Positions 9,164-19,628 of a stretch of 64,000 nt of DNA are shown one piece after another (position 1 is the stretch's first letter; each line of letters starts with the position of its first letter). The translations under genes were made by a program, and so were the position numbers. This stretch comes from Patescibacteria group bacterium (GTDB lineage Bacteria; Patescibacteriota; Microgenomatia; Levybacterales; UBA12049). The stretch is from assembly GCA_041743715.1 (NCBI GenBank), contig JBGTMH010000032.1, forward strand, positions 131 through 64,130, read 5' to 3'. The notes under the pieces are model-generated. The model did no database searches. It was given only the letters and a program-made list of their open reading frames with translations, and was not told the DNA's origin.

Positions 9164-9856
9164 TTATACATGGAGCTCTTGGAGTTTTGATTGAAGTAAT
9201 TGGTATTGTTTTTCAGGAGTATCGAGACCAAATAGAAAACTCGTTGCGACGAAACGTGTAGCACCCGCGGCGGCGGCGATGGCAATTGTTTCATCGTTGA
9301 TCCCTCCATCTACCTCAATTGGCAAAAACTCCATTTTTTCTCTGATGGATTTTACTTTCGTAAGTAATCGCTCCTCAAACTTTTGTCCTGAAAATCCTGC
9401 CTGAATTGTCATAACAAGTATGGCGTCTAAATCATCAAGCGGGACTGTAATCGCGTCCACGGGTGTTTGTTTATCAATGGATAAAGCAACTTCTCCGAGT
9501 AGTTGCGCTTGAGCCACGAATTCTTCTTGATCTGACATCTTCTCAATTTGTCCAATAAACCGGCGGAATCCAGCATCAGCCCATTTTTTAAGATGATTGA
9601 TCGGCTCTTCAACCATAAGATGGACTTCAAAAAAGACACCTTTTTCACCTGTCAGTAACCCAGCCTCAACGCCTGGTAACTCTTTTGTATACTTCTTAAA
9701 CGGCTCAGGATCAGCAAATGTTGTATTCTGAGCAAATTTTCCATCAATAACATCAATATGAATTGTTTTTGCAAATGGCTTGACCAGTTCAATCTTTTTC
9801 TCAATTTCTGAAAAATCTTTGTTTTCAGTACCGGGACTGGGGATTATTTCAAACAT
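9164..9856 (-). CDS. rpe: Ribulose-phosphate 3-epimerase-like protein
   Basis: 230 aa. HIDVIDGKFAQNTTF, EVHLMVEEP and VDGGIN match Rpe TIM-barrel motifs. It lies downstream of rpiB on the same strand. Confidence 0.7.
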   Translation of the reverse strand: MFEIIPSPGTENKDFSEIEKKIELVKPFAKTIHIDVIDGKFAQNTTFADPEPFKKYTKELPGVEAGLLTGEKGVFFEVHLMVEEPINHLKKWADAGFRRFIGQIEKMSDQEEFVAQAQLLGEVALSIDKQTPVDAITVPLDDLDAILVMTIQAGFSGQKFEERLLTKVKSIREKMEFLPIEVDGGINDETIAIAAAAGATRFVATSFLFGLDTPEKQYQLLQSKLQELHV

Positions 9857-9860
9857 AATG

Positions 9861-9908
9861 GATTTAAGACTTAAGACTTAAGACTTAGGATTTAAGAATT
9901 CTTAAATC
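9861..9908. repeat. TTAAGAC x3 tandem heptamer followed by a perfect 20-nt palindrome
   Basis: TTAAGAC occurs at 9864-9870, 9871-9877 and 9878-9884. GATTTAAGAATTCTTAAATC at 9889-9908 is self-complementary. All lie in the rpiB-rpe spacer. Confidence 0.7.
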
Positions 9909-9923
9909 TTTACTCTTAAATCA

Positions 9924-10427
9924 TTAATCTTTTTCTATTTCTTTTATTTTCTCAACTCTCCTCTTATGCCTTTCCTCTGTTGGACCTGAAAAATTGAGCC
10001 AAAGCTTGACTGCGGTAAAGATATCTTCTTCTCTCATAAATCTGATACCAATTGAAAGCATATTTGCTCCATTGTGTTCTCTCGTGAGTTTTATGATCTC
10101 ATAGGGATCACTGCTCAATCTTCCCTCTATATTAACTGCTTGTGTCGGAACAGCCGGTGTATAAAATAAAGCGCATCTCACACCCTTAAATTTATTTGCC
10201 ACCATCGCCTCTCCCTGTCCCGACCCACCAAAAATGATTCCCAAAGAATTCTGTGGATCTTTTGAAACTTTTTCCGCGGCTTTACTTATGAGATCGGGAT
10301 AATCATCAAATTTATCGTACTGATATGCGCCACAATCCTCTGCATCATACTCAGTCTCAAGGAGCATTTTATATACTTTATCTTTTAATTGAACCCCTGT
10401 ATGGTCAGCAGCAAGATAGACTTTCAT
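9924..10427 (-). CDS. rpiB: Ribose-5-phosphate isomerase B
   Basis: 167 aa. MKVYLAADHTG and GGSGQGEAMVANKFKGVRCAL match the RpiB/LacAB family. Confidence 0.85.
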   Translation of the reverse strand: MKVYLAADHTGVQLKDKVYKMLLETEYDAEDCGAYQYDKFDDYPDLISKAAEKVSKDPQNSLGIIFGGSGQGEAMVANKFKGVRCALFYTPAVPTQAVNIEGRLSSDPYEIIKLTREHNGANMLSIGIRFMREEDIFTAVKLWLNFSGPTEERHKRRVEKIKEIEKD

Positions 10428-10452
10428 ATAAAACTATGAGAAAATTCCAACG

Positions 10453-13227
10453 TTACGGAGTCACAGTCCATGTCCCAAATGATTTAAAAACACTACACGC
10501 AGCTCCACCTTGCACATCAACAGTTTGCTTCGGGCCACTCCCAACTGTGGTCGAGAGAACAAAGTTATTTCGAAGATAATAGTTGCTCGCGTTTGTCCCT
10601 ATAGTTGCTCCAAACTGACTATTGGCTTGACTATCATTATACCAAAGCCTCGCAGTGCCTAAAGGGTTCAGTGAGCCGGTACAAGCTGTCCGGGCATATA
10701 CTTTAATACTTAGCTGTGATCCTTGGGGAAAATCAACAGGTGCAAAGGCATTAAATGGAATAGTATTCAATTTTGCACTCGTAAATCCACCAAATCCCAA
10801 TCCAGGATCAACACTATTGAGTTGTCCTGTACTGACAAATGATGTATCTTTATACGCTTCTGCTTTCAAGTCAAACTTTGCCCCTGCACCAAAGAAGTTA
10901 GGTAACCCTACCCATACTTTTGCTGGACTCAGTGCAGTAAGTTTATCTGGCGCAGGTGTCGGGGTTGGTGTACTTGTAGGCGTAGGAGTTGCTGTGGGAG
11001 TAGGCGTTGGGATATCTGTTGGAGTCGGTGTTGGCGTTTCTGTAGGGGTGGGTGTAAGAGTATTGGTTGGAGTATTGGTTGGAGTCGGACTATTCGTAGG
11101 AGTCGCTTCAGTTATTTTTGCAACAAAAGCATCGGTGCCACGTAAAACTGATTGAAAGGCATTTGCAATCGGAAAGTTGGTAGAAAGAGTATCTCCCGTT
11201 ATATACACATTATTACCAGCGTCAACTGCGATACCACTGCTTGTGTCTTGATTGCTGCCTCCGAGATATGTGGAATAGTCAAGAGTGGATCCTGTTGAAT
11301 TTAACTTAATCACAAATGCATCTTCATTACCTCCATACGAATTCTGGATTGCATTCATCACGGGGAAATTAGCGGATTGAGTAAATCCCCCTATGTAGAC
11401 ATTACTACTACCGTCAATCGCAATTCCAAAACCTGCCTCATCCCCCCCGCCACCAAGAAATGTGGAATAGATAAATCCAGAACCTGAAGGATTCAATTTA
11501 GCAACAAAAGCATCACTATTACCTGCTAGGATTGGCTGCAACGGATTCACCACTGGAAAATCTGCTGACCTGGTATTCCCAGTTACATAAGCATTACCAG
11601 CGCTATCGGCTGCAATCTCTCTACCTGCATCAAGATTACTACCACCGAGATAGGTTGCAAAAATTGTACTTGAACCTGAGGGATTCAGTTTAATGACAAA
11701 TCCCTCTGAGCCTCCACCGGAGTTAGGCTGCAAAGGATTTACCACTGGAAAATCAGTGGAACCCGTACTACCGGTTACATAAACATTCCCAGTAGTATCT
11801 ACGGCAATGCCTTCGCCATTATCGTTACTGCTTCCACCGAAATAAGTAGAAAAACTCAAGGCACCTCCACTACTATTAAATTTTGTTATAAAAGTATCTC
11901 CTTCTCCCGAATATGCTTGCAGAGAATTCACTGTCGGAAAATTTGTCGATTGCGTGGGGCCTGTTATATATGCATTGCCACTGCTGTCTACAACGAGATC
12001 TTCTCCAATTTCAAAACCACTTCCGCCTAGATATGTAGAATAAACTAACGCTGAACCTGTTGGGCTTAATTTTGTTACAAATACATCTGAGCCACCACCA
12101 AAATTCTGCTGAAACGAATTGATTGTCGGAAAATTAGTAGATTGCGTTCGACCTGTCACATATGCGCTGCCAGCTGAATCCACTGCAATTCCAAAACCCA
12201 CATCTGAATCACTACCTCCAATATACGTAGAATAAATAAGGGCAGATCCTGTAGTATTTAGCTTTGTGACAAAGATATCTCCTCCAGGTCCACCGCTAAA
12301 AGTCGATTGTGCAGGATTTACTGTAGGAAAGTCAGAAGAAAGGGTGGATCCAGCCACATAAGCATTTCCTTGAATGTCTACCGCAATTACATTACCTCTA
12401 TCTGTATTGCTACCACCAAGGTAAGTAGAATAAGCTAAGATAGGATCGATAACAAGTGGTTGTGTCGAATCATACTGACCAACATCGAAGGCGATTTGTT
12501 TATCTTTTACAACATATGAACTAGCAATCGTCTTTCTAACCCCATTTGTTTCTTGATATGTCAGTGGCTTATGAAACTTTAATTCCCCTTCACCAATTTG
12601 TACGACCAGTTCTCCTTTTTTATTTACAGCGACTTTATCGGCTCCTCGTAATCCAAGTTTTACAACCGTTGGATCAGCACCAGGAGCAATGACAAAGTCA
12701 TATTCCAGCTGTTTTTGATTTCCATAATAGATAAGGTCAATTCCAGGATAAATATCACTATATTTTACTTTTGAATAGTGAGCTACATCCCTTTTCCATT
12801 GGGTTTCGTCATTGCCTACGAAATAATTACTTTTACCAGAAAGTTGCCCCATGCCTTCTCCTTCAGAAGAATTTGCACCAAGCACATCCATAAAAAGCGC
12901 TTTAGTTTCTTTCTTTTCACCTTGACCGAGTGAGAGAGCTACTCCTTTTGGAGTTAAAAAAAGACTATAGCCACTCCCACGTGAGAAAAATTCCACTTGT
13001 GAATCCGTTTGCCCGAGATTAGATTCAAAGCTCATAGGAATGTTACCATATATTGCATCAACTTGTGCTTTAATTTTTTGAGTCTCCGTACCTTGAAGAT
13101 GCATCTCTCTCATGGATATTCCCACGGCTGATAAAAGAGTGAGAAACGAAAAAATAAATACCATAAGCCCTATTACATTTTTTTGTGAAGAATTTTTTAT
13201 ATTAAACCGTCGGAAGGCTCGTAACAT
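10453..13227 (-). CDS. Large secreted SBBP (beta-propeller) repeat protein with PT linker and C-terminal domain
   Basis: 924 aa with an N-terminal signal/TM. About nine or more units follow the pattern YSTYLGGS..D.G.GIAVDs.GNAYVTG.T.S.DFP..N. Then a PTPTNTPTNTLTPTPTETPTPTPT linker and a ~190-aa C-terminal domain. Confidence 0.8.
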   Translation of the reverse strand: MLRAFRRFNIKNSSQKNVIGLMVFIFSFLTLLSAVGISMREMHLQGTETQKIKAQVDAIYGNIPMSFESNLGQTDSQVEFFSRGSGYSLFLTPKGVALSLGQGEKKETKALFMDVLGANSSEGEGMGQLSGKSNYFVGNDETQWKRDVAHYSKVKYSDIYPGIDLIYYGNQKQLEYDFVIAPGADPTVVKLGLRGADKVAVNKKGELVVQIGEGELKFHKPLTYQETNGVRKTIASSYVVKDKQIAFDVGQYDSTQPLVIDPILAYSTYLGGSNTDRGNVIAVDIQGNAYVAGSTLSSDFPTVNPAQSTFSGGPGGDIFVTKLNTTGSALIYSTYIGGSDSDVGFGIAVDSAGSAYVTGRTQSTNFPTINSFQQNFGGGSDVFVTKLSPTGSALVYSTYLGGSGFEIGEDLVVDSSGNAYITGPTQSTNFPTVNSLQAYSGEGDTFITKFNSSGGALSFSTYFGGSSNDNGEGIAVDTTGNVYVTGSTGSTDFPVVNPLQPNSGGGSEGFVIKLNPSGSSTIFATYLGGSNLDAGREIAADSAGNAYVTGNTRSADFPVVNPLQPILAGNSDAFVAKLNPSGSGFIYSTFLGGGGDEAGFGIAIDGSSNVYIGGFTQSANFPVMNAIQNSYGGNEDAFVIKLNSTGSTLDYSTYLGGSNQDTSSGIAVDAGNNVYITGDTLSTNFPIANAFQSVLRGTDAFVAKITEATPTNSPTPTNTPTNTLTPTPTETPTPTPTDIPTPTPTATPTPTSTPTPTPAPDKLTALSPAKVWVGLPNFFGAGAKFDLKAEAYKDTSFVSTGQLNSVDPGLGFGGFTSAKLNTIPFNAFAPVDFPQGSQLSIKVYARTACTGSLNPLGTARLWYNDSQANSQFGATIGTNASNYYLRNNFVLSTTVGSGPKQTVDVQGGAACSVFKSFGTWTVTP

Positions 13228-13327
13228 ATACGATATTTATAATAACAGTAAGCACAATGTATGTCAATTTGCCGTTTGCTTTTGCCTCATCACTGCTTTA
13301 TTATAAGTATATAGGTTATTCCCTCTA

Positions 13328-14956
13328 ATGATCACTAGTTTCACCTCATTTATTGAAAGTCTTAATAAAAAACGGATTATTTTGATATTTTCATGTATAG
13401 GCATGCTGATCTATGGAAACTCGCTTTTTAACAACTTTGTTGGTGATGATTTTGGACTGGTTAAAAACAACAAAACAATCCGTTCAGTAATGAATATACC
13501 GAGCTTTTTTGGACAAGGTGCTTTTTATGAAGGCGACGTTATGCAAAGGCAGCAGGTAAATTATTATAGACCAGTCACCCAAACTACATACTCTATCATA
13601 TATTTCTTTTCTAGAGACCATGCTTTTGGATTTCATTTTATACAAGTAATAATACACATCATTAATTCTCTATTGATTTATTTCATAATTAACCGTTTTT
13701 TTGGTAAAAAATCCTCTTTCTTTCTTGCACTGATTTTTCTAACACATCCTTTCAATAATGAAGCGGTAGTATATATATCAGCTTTACAAGAACCTCTGTT
13801 TGTTTTCTTTGGTTTGTTAGCGTTCTCTGTCAGTATGCGAAAAGTAAAAAGTTTACGTAATGCCTCATTTATCACAGCACTCCTTACGGCATCTCTCTTA
13901 TCAAAAGAAGCAGGAGCTGTTTTTTTATTAGTTGTCCCTCTTTTCAGTTACTTTTATAACAAGCAGAGTCTTTTGAGGGCAATTGCACCAAGCATAACGG
14001 CTTTGTTGATTTATATGTTCTTACGATTTGTAGTAGCGCAGATTTATTTTCCTCAAAGTATTATTGTCCCAATCATGACTCTTTCACTTTGGGAAAGATT
14101 GGTTCATATACCTGGAATAATCTTTTTCTACATAAGCACATTTGTATACCCTAACAATTTATTTGTCTTTCAATCATGGACAATTAAGATGTTAACTTTC
14201 AAAGACTTCTATTTACCACTCTTCGTAGATGTTGGATTATTTTCAGGAATATTCATGTTTGGGATAGTGCTCTACAAAAGACATCAGGACCTCTTTAAGG
14301 CTTTTCTGTTCTTTTTTCTATGGTTTTTTATAGGACTTGGGATTCACTTACAAATTATTCCACTTGACCAGACAGTTGCTGACCGCTGGTTTTATTTTCC
14401 CATGATAGGCTTGTTGGGTTTGATAGGCTTAGTAATTAAATACATAAATTTGCATAAGCGCTTAAATCCAAACCTCATTATTCCGATAATTCTTATAATT
14501 ATCATTGCTTTTTCTGTGCGGGTATTTACTCGCAATGCTACCTGGAAGGACCCACTGACTTTATACACCCATGATCTGAAATATGATCAAAATAGTTTCC
14601 AATTGGAAGCAGACTTGGGAAGAGAATATTTTCGTCAAAAAAACTATCGTGACGCGGAAATTCATGATCTTCGCGCAATAGATTTATTTCCAAATGTAAA
14701 TACTTTTGCCTCCTTAGCTGTCCATTATATGGCAGCTAACAGGTATGCTGATGCAGAGAAAGCATTCGAAACCGCGTTAAAACATGACCCGAATCATGTA
14801 AGTTCATGGGTGTATCTAGCAATTTGCAAGCACAAATTAGGAAAAAAAGAGGATGCATTAGCAACAGCCAAAAAAGCTTATTCGCTTTCGCCTAGCAAGA
14901 GTTTACAAAAGCTTATATTGATCATTCAATTCGGCAAACAAATCAATATCCAATAA
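13328..14956 (+). CDS. TMTC/PMT-like GT-C membrane glycosyltransferase with C-terminal TPR repeats
   Basis: 542 aa with about 10 TM helices. It has the FVGDDF..N motif and a HxxN-rich helix (FHFIQVIIHIINSLLIY). The C-terminus has TPR-like repeats (YRDAE..A..L.PN, ADAEKAFETALKHDPNH). Confidence 0.6.
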   Translation: MITSFTSFIESLNKKRIILIFSCIGMLIYGNSLFNNFVGDDFGLVKNNKTIRSVMNIPSFFGQGAFYEGDVMQRQQVNYYRPVTQTTYSIIYFFSRDHAFGFHFIQVIIHIINSLLIYFIINRFFGKKSSFFLALIFLTHPFNNEAVVYISALQEPLFVFFGLLAFSVSMRKVKSLRNASFITALLTASLLSKEAGAVFLLVVPLFSYFYNKQSLLRAIAPSITALLIYMFLRFVVAQIYFPQSIIVPIMTLSLWERLVHIPGIIFFYISTFVYPNNLFVFQSWTIKMLTFKDFYLPLFVDVGLFSGIFMFGIVLYKRHQDLFKAFLFFFLWFFIGLGIHLQIIPLDQTVADRWFYFPMIGLLGLIGLVIKYINLHKRLNPNLIIPIILIIIIAFSVRVFTRNATWKDPLTLYTHDLKYDQNSFQLEADLGREYFRQKNYRDAEIHDLRAIDLFPNVNTFASLAVHYMAANRYADAEKAFETALKHDPNHVSSWVYLAICKHKLGKKEDALATAKKAYSLSPSKSLQKLILIIQFGKQINIQ

Positions 14957-15080
14957 CTGGAGTAAACCTAATACTAATGTGTATGGTTTGAGAATAACGA
15001 CAATATGGAGTTTTATTAAATATGCATTAATCTCTATTGGGAGGGGTATACTTGTTTGGAAACCATGGTATAATGGCGCC

Positions 15081-16805
15081 ATGCCCAAGAAAAAAATTCT
15101 CTTATTGTTTTGTCTTGTTCTCATGTTCCTCTCACCTTTTCTTCCGACACAAGCAGTTTTTTCGCAAGCCGGAACTTCTCAGGGTGATTTAGATAATATT
15201 AACAAACAAATAGCCAACTTAAACGATGAATTGAACAAGTCAGTCGCAGCTACCAAACCGCTGCAGTCAGAGCTTGATAAAATACAAAAACAAATGGTTT
15301 CGATCAAAAATCAGGTCGCTGCGATTGATACCGACTCCAAATTGAAACGAAAACAAATTGATGATGGCTTTAGAGAATTGGCAGAAAAAGAAGCGCTCAT
15401 CACCGCAACTATCAGAAACTTTTACGTCAAAAGCTATCATGATTCACCATTTTTGATCTTTTTCTCCGTGGGAGACGCATTTGAGATCACACAAGCACTT
15501 GCGTACCAACGGGCAAAAACCAGGCAAGACAAAGCGATCATTACCAATATAGCCTTGACCATTACAGATCTGGAAAAGAAAAAAGTTTTGCTTGAACAGC
15601 AAGAAAAGTTTTTAACTGCTGCGCGTGTAAACCTTGATCAACAAAGTAAAAAGCTAGACAAAGTGGTCCAAGAAGCACAAGGCTACCAAAAAGAACTCAC
15701 CGGTAAAATTGCTGCATTAAGCGCCGAACAACAGGCAATTGTCAATGCCAAAAGCGGTAGCTTTACTTTCAGCTTAAATGACGGTGAATCTGCAGACGAG
15801 TACCTCTCTTCCGCGAAAGGTTTTCGCGAATCTGCGCCCGGCGGCTCCTTCGCTCTGTTCTCTTTTGGTGCATATACACACAGAAATGGCATGAGCCAAT
15901 ATGGAGCAAAAGCCCGTGCAGATCAAGGGCAATCAGTTGAAGATATTTTGAAAGCATATTATCCCAACGCAACGCTGAAAAAAGATTATGCCGTAACAGG
16001 GACGATTACCGTCGACGGCCACGGGTCTATGTCGTTTGAAGACCAATATCTGCAAGGCATTTACGAGATGCCTGGTACCTGGCATGTGAATGCGCTGAAA
16101 GCTCAAGCAATCGCTGCAAGAACCTTTGCAATTAAACGTACAAATAACGGACAAAGCTCCATTTGTACAACTGAGGCGTGCCAGGTTTTCAAAAATACGC
16201 CGAAAGGTGGTGCGTGGCAACAAGCTGTTAATGAAACCAAAGGCTGGGTATTGGTTGATAGTGGTGGTAATCCAGTCTCTACTCAATACGCTTCAACCCA
16301 TGGTGGCTTTAGTAATACTGCCGGCTGGGATACAACCGATGGGAGCGGTGGCTCTAACTTTATCGATAAATCGTATGAAAAACTTGGTGGTTCTCCGTGG
16401 CTTTATAAAGCATGGTGGCGAGAACATTACAGTAATGCAGGAGCTACCTGCGGACGATCAAATCCATGGCTCAATGCGACAGAAATGGCAGATATCGTCA
16501 ATGCTGCAGTTGCTCTCAAAACTTCTGGCATCGAAACAAGTAGGATCACACCGATCACAACTGCCTGCTGGGGAGGCAATCCGTACAGTATGGACGAACT
16601 CCGCAACTTAGTGTCTGGCAAAGGTGGAATAAGTGCAGCAACAAGCGTGTCTGTAACTCAGGGAAATGGGTCAACGAATAGTGTGACCATTAATGGGATT
16701 TCGATGAGTGGGTCAGAATTCAAACAAGCTGTCGCTCTTCGTGCTCCCGGCTATGTACGTATCCCACAAAGTGGCTTCGCCTTTTTTAATATCGAGCAAA
16801 AATGA
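15081..16805 (+). CDS. SpoIID/LytB-domain protein with N-terminal coiled coil
   Basis: The ORF track starts at 14979, but the ATG at 15081 gives a signal peptide (MPKKKILLLFCLVLMFLSPFLPTQA). SpoIID motifs are ALKAQAIAARTFAIKR, CTTEACQVFK and STQYASTHGG. Confidence 0.75.
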   Translation: MPKKKILLLFCLVLMFLSPFLPTQAVFSQAGTSQGDLDNINKQIANLNDELNKSVAATKPLQSELDKIQKQMVSIKNQVAAIDTDSKLKRKQIDDGFRELAEKEALITATIRNFYVKSYHDSPFLIFFSVGDAFEITQALAYQRAKTRQDKAIITNIALTITDLEKKKVLLEQQEKFLTAARVNLDQQSKKLDKVVQEAQGYQKELTGKIAALSAEQQAIVNAKSGSFTFSLNDGESADEYLSSAKGFRESAPGGSFALFSFGAYTHRNGMSQYGAKARADQGQSVEDILKAYYPNATLKKDYAVTGTITVDGHGSMSFEDQYLQGIYEMPGTWHVNALKAQAIAARTFAIKRTNNGQSSICTTEACQVFKNTPKGGAWQQAVNETKGWVLVDSGGNPVSTQYASTHGGFSNTAGWDTTDGSGGSNFIDKSYEKLGGSPWLYKAWWREHYSNAGATCGRSNPWLNATEMADIVNAAVALKTSGIETSRITPITTACWGGNPYSMDELRNLVSGKGGISAATSVSVTQGNGSTNSVTINGISMSGSEFKQAVALRAPGYVRIPQSGFAFFNIEQK

Positions 16806-16834
16806 TATAATATTCTCAACTCTCAATTCATACT

Positions 16835-17608
16835 ATGCCTGATATTTTTACATCACACGAACCCAAAAAACCTGAACAGGTACATCATCAACCAAAAGAA
16901 CATCATGTGCAGACACATGAACCCGTACACGATCAAAGACCTGTCCCAACTCCGCAAACAATTACCAGCGAACACCTCGCAACAGCTTCTTCACAATATC
17001 CAGACGGCGGCTCAATAGGATTATTTTCATCATTTCGTATGCATCCGAAAGGGGTAAAATTTGTTAATCAAGAAAAAGGTGAACATATTATTCTCTTTCT
17101 GAGACGGCATTTTATCACCAACGTTCCGTGGATACTGCTTACGATTCTTTTCTCATTATTACCAATTGTCATCATTGCCATCCTTCAGTTCTCAAATCTT
17201 TCTCTTTTTAATCTCTCTCCCCAGCTATCCATTATATTACTCCTCTTTTATTACCTTATTATCTTCAATTACGCGCTAATGCATTTTATTATCTGGTTTT
17301 ATCATGTCGGTATCGTCACTCCCAAAAGGCTTTTAGATCTTGATGTATATAATATCCTCAGTCATCATCTGGCGGAGACCGAAATGGCAGATATCGTTGA
17401 TGTCTCTTTCGCGCAAAATGGTTTTTTCCAAAGCTTTTTCGACTTCGGAAACGTCCCAATACAGACGCAAGCAATCAAAGCAAACTTCGAATTTGAATCT
17501 TCACCAAAACCCGCAATTGTATCAGATATCATAACCGATCTGAGGCCGCACAGAGGGCATACACCTTCCAATGCACATCAAAAAGGGAGGGAGAATAACA
17601 ATGCCTGA
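16835..17608 (+). CDS. Hypothetical membrane protein with His/Pro-rich N-terminus
   Basis: 257-aa ORF with an HHQPKEHHVQTHEPVH region, then two long TM helices and a soluble C-terminal part. No family recognised. Confidence 0.5.
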   Translation: MPDIFTSHEPKKPEQVHHQPKEHHVQTHEPVHDQRPVPTPQTITSEHLATASSQYPDGGSIGLFSSFRMHPKGVKFVNQEKGEHIILFLRRHFITNVPWILLTILFSLLPIVIIAILQFSNLSLFNLSPQLSIILLLFYYLIIFNYALMHFIIWFYHVGIVTPKRLLDLDVYNILSHHLAETEMADIVDVSFAQNGFFQSFFDFGNVPIQTQAIKANFEFESSPKPAIVSDIITDLRPHRGHTPSNAHQKGRENNNA

Positions 17609-17840
17609 ATTCCTCATATTTCTCCAAGAAAATGGTATAGCGTATCTCTTTAAAGGGTTACTCCTTGTACTTATTTTTGTTTATATGATATTTTCATTCA
17701 TTGTATATAATCGTGTACGTGCTCTTAATAGAACACTTTATCTTGCAGCATCAAATGCTTCTTCTACCTTGCAAATACTTACTATTACGTCCTTCCTGCT
17801 TGCGGTCTCGCTTTTTATTGTCACTCTTGTTATAGTATAA
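17601..17840 (+). CDS. Small two-TM membrane protein
   Basis: The ATG at 17601 is preceded by the strong SD-like GGGAGGGAG and overlaps the upstream stop. The 79-aa hydrophobic product starts MPEFLIFLQENGIAYLFKG. Confidence 0.4.
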   Translation: MPEFLIFLQENGIAYLFKGLLLVLIFVYMIFSFIVYNRVRALNRTLYLAASNASSTLQILTITSFLLAVSLFIVTLVIV

Positions 17841-17843
17841 TTA

Positions 17844-19601
17844 ATGCCTGAGTCCCATCATGCCGTCAAACCAAGTCTCTCGTTTGCCAAGCTGGTAGCC
17901 ACCCCGACAGATACTGCCTGGTCACAAGCATATAATGCTGGCAATCTCTTCGCTTGCCTTTCTCTCTCATTGCAAGAAGCATCTGACGAAGTTTCTCTGC
18001 AAGCTGTTGGCAAAGATATATTAAATCTCCTAGAATCGGAATTTTTTACACTTGAAGAAAAAAATACCGCCACAATTAAAGAAGCAATAACAGCAAGTCT
18101 CACAAAGCTTCCGTCCGCTGTCACTGCCAACTTAACTCTGGCGCATTATAAAGATAATACGCTTACCGTCTTCATCGTCGGCCAGGGTAAAGTAGTTATG
18201 AAACGTGGAGAAAAAATTGGAGTTCTCCTTGAAAAACATACTCCTTCTGATCAGACAGTTACTTCTGCATCTGGCATTCTTTCGAATGCCGATACTGTTG
18301 TGCTACAGACGGGAGCATTTGCAGAGGGACTACCAGAACAAACAGTTTCAGGAGCCCTGGAACTTGCCTTGCCCAATGATATAGTCGAAGCGCTTTCTCC
18401 CCCAATGCATGAACAAGATAACGGTGCGCAAGCCGCCATCGTAGTGAGTTACCACGGGACAGCACCACACGTTATAACAGAGGAGGTAATTGAGACAGAA
18501 GAACCAACGATTGCCTCATTGTACGAACAGGAAGCAACAGCGACGGAAGATGATTCAGCAGAAAAAGAAACTGGGAGAAAATTACCCTCATTTCACTTCC
18601 CAAAGCTTCCTTCACTGAACGTAAAACTCAATCATCGAAAAAAACTGTATCTTACCATTGCCGTTATTTTACTTTTTCTTCTTGCAGCGAGCATTTTTTT
18701 TGCAGTGCAAAAACAAAATGCTGACCAACAACAACAATTGTTCCAAACCATTTATACGCCAGCTGAGCAGCTCTATGAAGAAGGTCACGGCCTTGAAAGT
18801 TTAAATAAAAGCCTCAGCCGTGATAGTTATCTCAAAGCACAAAAACTACTTAAAGAGGGTGAAGGAAAAATTACCAAAGGCACTGCGGAATATCAAAAAA
18901 TGCAAGATCTCTTAACAAAAGTAGAAAGCGGTTTGCGAAATGCAACAATTGGTAAGTCATCAAACGCAAAAGAAGCCACAGCTCCTGCTAATTCTTTACT
19001 TGCCATTGAGAAAGAGACACCAGACGGTCTCGCTTTTGGACAAGACGGGACAAGTGTCTATGTTGTAACAGATAGTGCAGTCACGACAGTTACAAAAAGC
19101 AGCGGCAGTAAAAAAGACGTGATCAAAAATAACAACGCTTGGTCAGCACCACGTGCGGTTGTTCCTTACCAAGGCAATATCTATATCCTGGAAAAGCAGG
19201 GAATCCTGAAATACGTAACTGGTACAAAATCCTCATATTTCACAGGGACTGCTCCGGATCTAACTCAGGCAAGCGGAATGGCCATAGATGGATCTGTATG
19301 GATAGTCTTAAAAAACGGCAAAATACTCAAATATACGAGAGGCAAAGAAGATAGTTTCAGCCTAACTGGGCTTGATAAACCGCTGCAGAATGCTACAAAA
19401 ATTGTAACAAATATCGACATGGACAGCGTGTATGTCTTAGATAACGGCAACAGTCGGGTTGTAAAATTTGATAAAAAAGGCGCATACCAAAATGCTTACA
19501 GCTCCGATGTACTAGCAAATGCAAAAGACTTTGAAATATTTGAAAAAGACAAAAAAATCTTCATCCTATCAGATAACAAAATCTGGGAAATCCCCATGTA
19601 G
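17844..19601 (+). CDS. Hypothetical bitopic protein (N-terminal domain, one central TM, C-terminal repeat domain)
   Basis: 585-aa ORF with a central TM helix (LYLTIAVILLFLLAASIFFAV). The C-terminal part has repeated ..VYV.D/IYILE.. strands suggesting a beta-propeller. No confident family call. Confidence 0.5.
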   Translation: MPESHHAVKPSLSFAKLVATPTDTAWSQAYNAGNLFACLSLSLQEASDEVSLQAVGKDILNLLESEFFTLEEKNTATIKEAITASLTKLPSAVTANLTLAHYKDNTLTVFIVGQGKVVMKRGEKIGVLLEKHTPSDQTVTSASGILSNADTVVLQTGAFAEGLPEQTVSGALELALPNDIVEALSPPMHEQDNGAQAAIVVSYHGTAPHVITEEVIETEEPTIASLYEQEATATEDDSAEKETGRKLPSFHFPKLPSLNVKLNHRKKLYLTIAVILLFLLAASIFFAVQKQNADQQQQLFQTIYTPAEQLYEEGHGLESLNKSLSRDSYLKAQKLLKEGEGKITKGTAEYQKMQDLLTKVESGLRNATIGKSSNAKEATAPANSLLAIEKETPDGLAFGQDGTSVYVVTDSAVTTVTKSSGSKKDVIKNNNAWSAPRAVVPYQGNIYILEKQGILKYVTGTKSSYFTGTAPDLTQASGMAIDGSVWIVLKNGKILKYTRGKEDSFSLTGLDKPLQNATKIVTNIDMDSVYVLDNGNSRVVKFDKKGAYQNAYSSDVLANAKDFEIFEKDKKIFILSDNKIWEIPM

Positions 19602-19628
19602 GATTCATTGCAAACATTTCTTAGTAAT

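Noticed and set aside
10900-11110. Short periodic repeats (PT-coding tracts here and at 29900-30000, 36880-36910 and 40190-40310) as a possible CRISPR array
   Set aside because: The units are 6-nt codon repeats inside long ORFs, with no 25-40 nt repeat/spacer structure. I saw no CRISPR array anywhere in the window.
10655-11155. ORF encoding a long GVGVGV repeat
   Set aside because: It is the antisense frame of the PT-linker codons of the 924-aa SBBP protein, which is a reading-frame mirror artefact.
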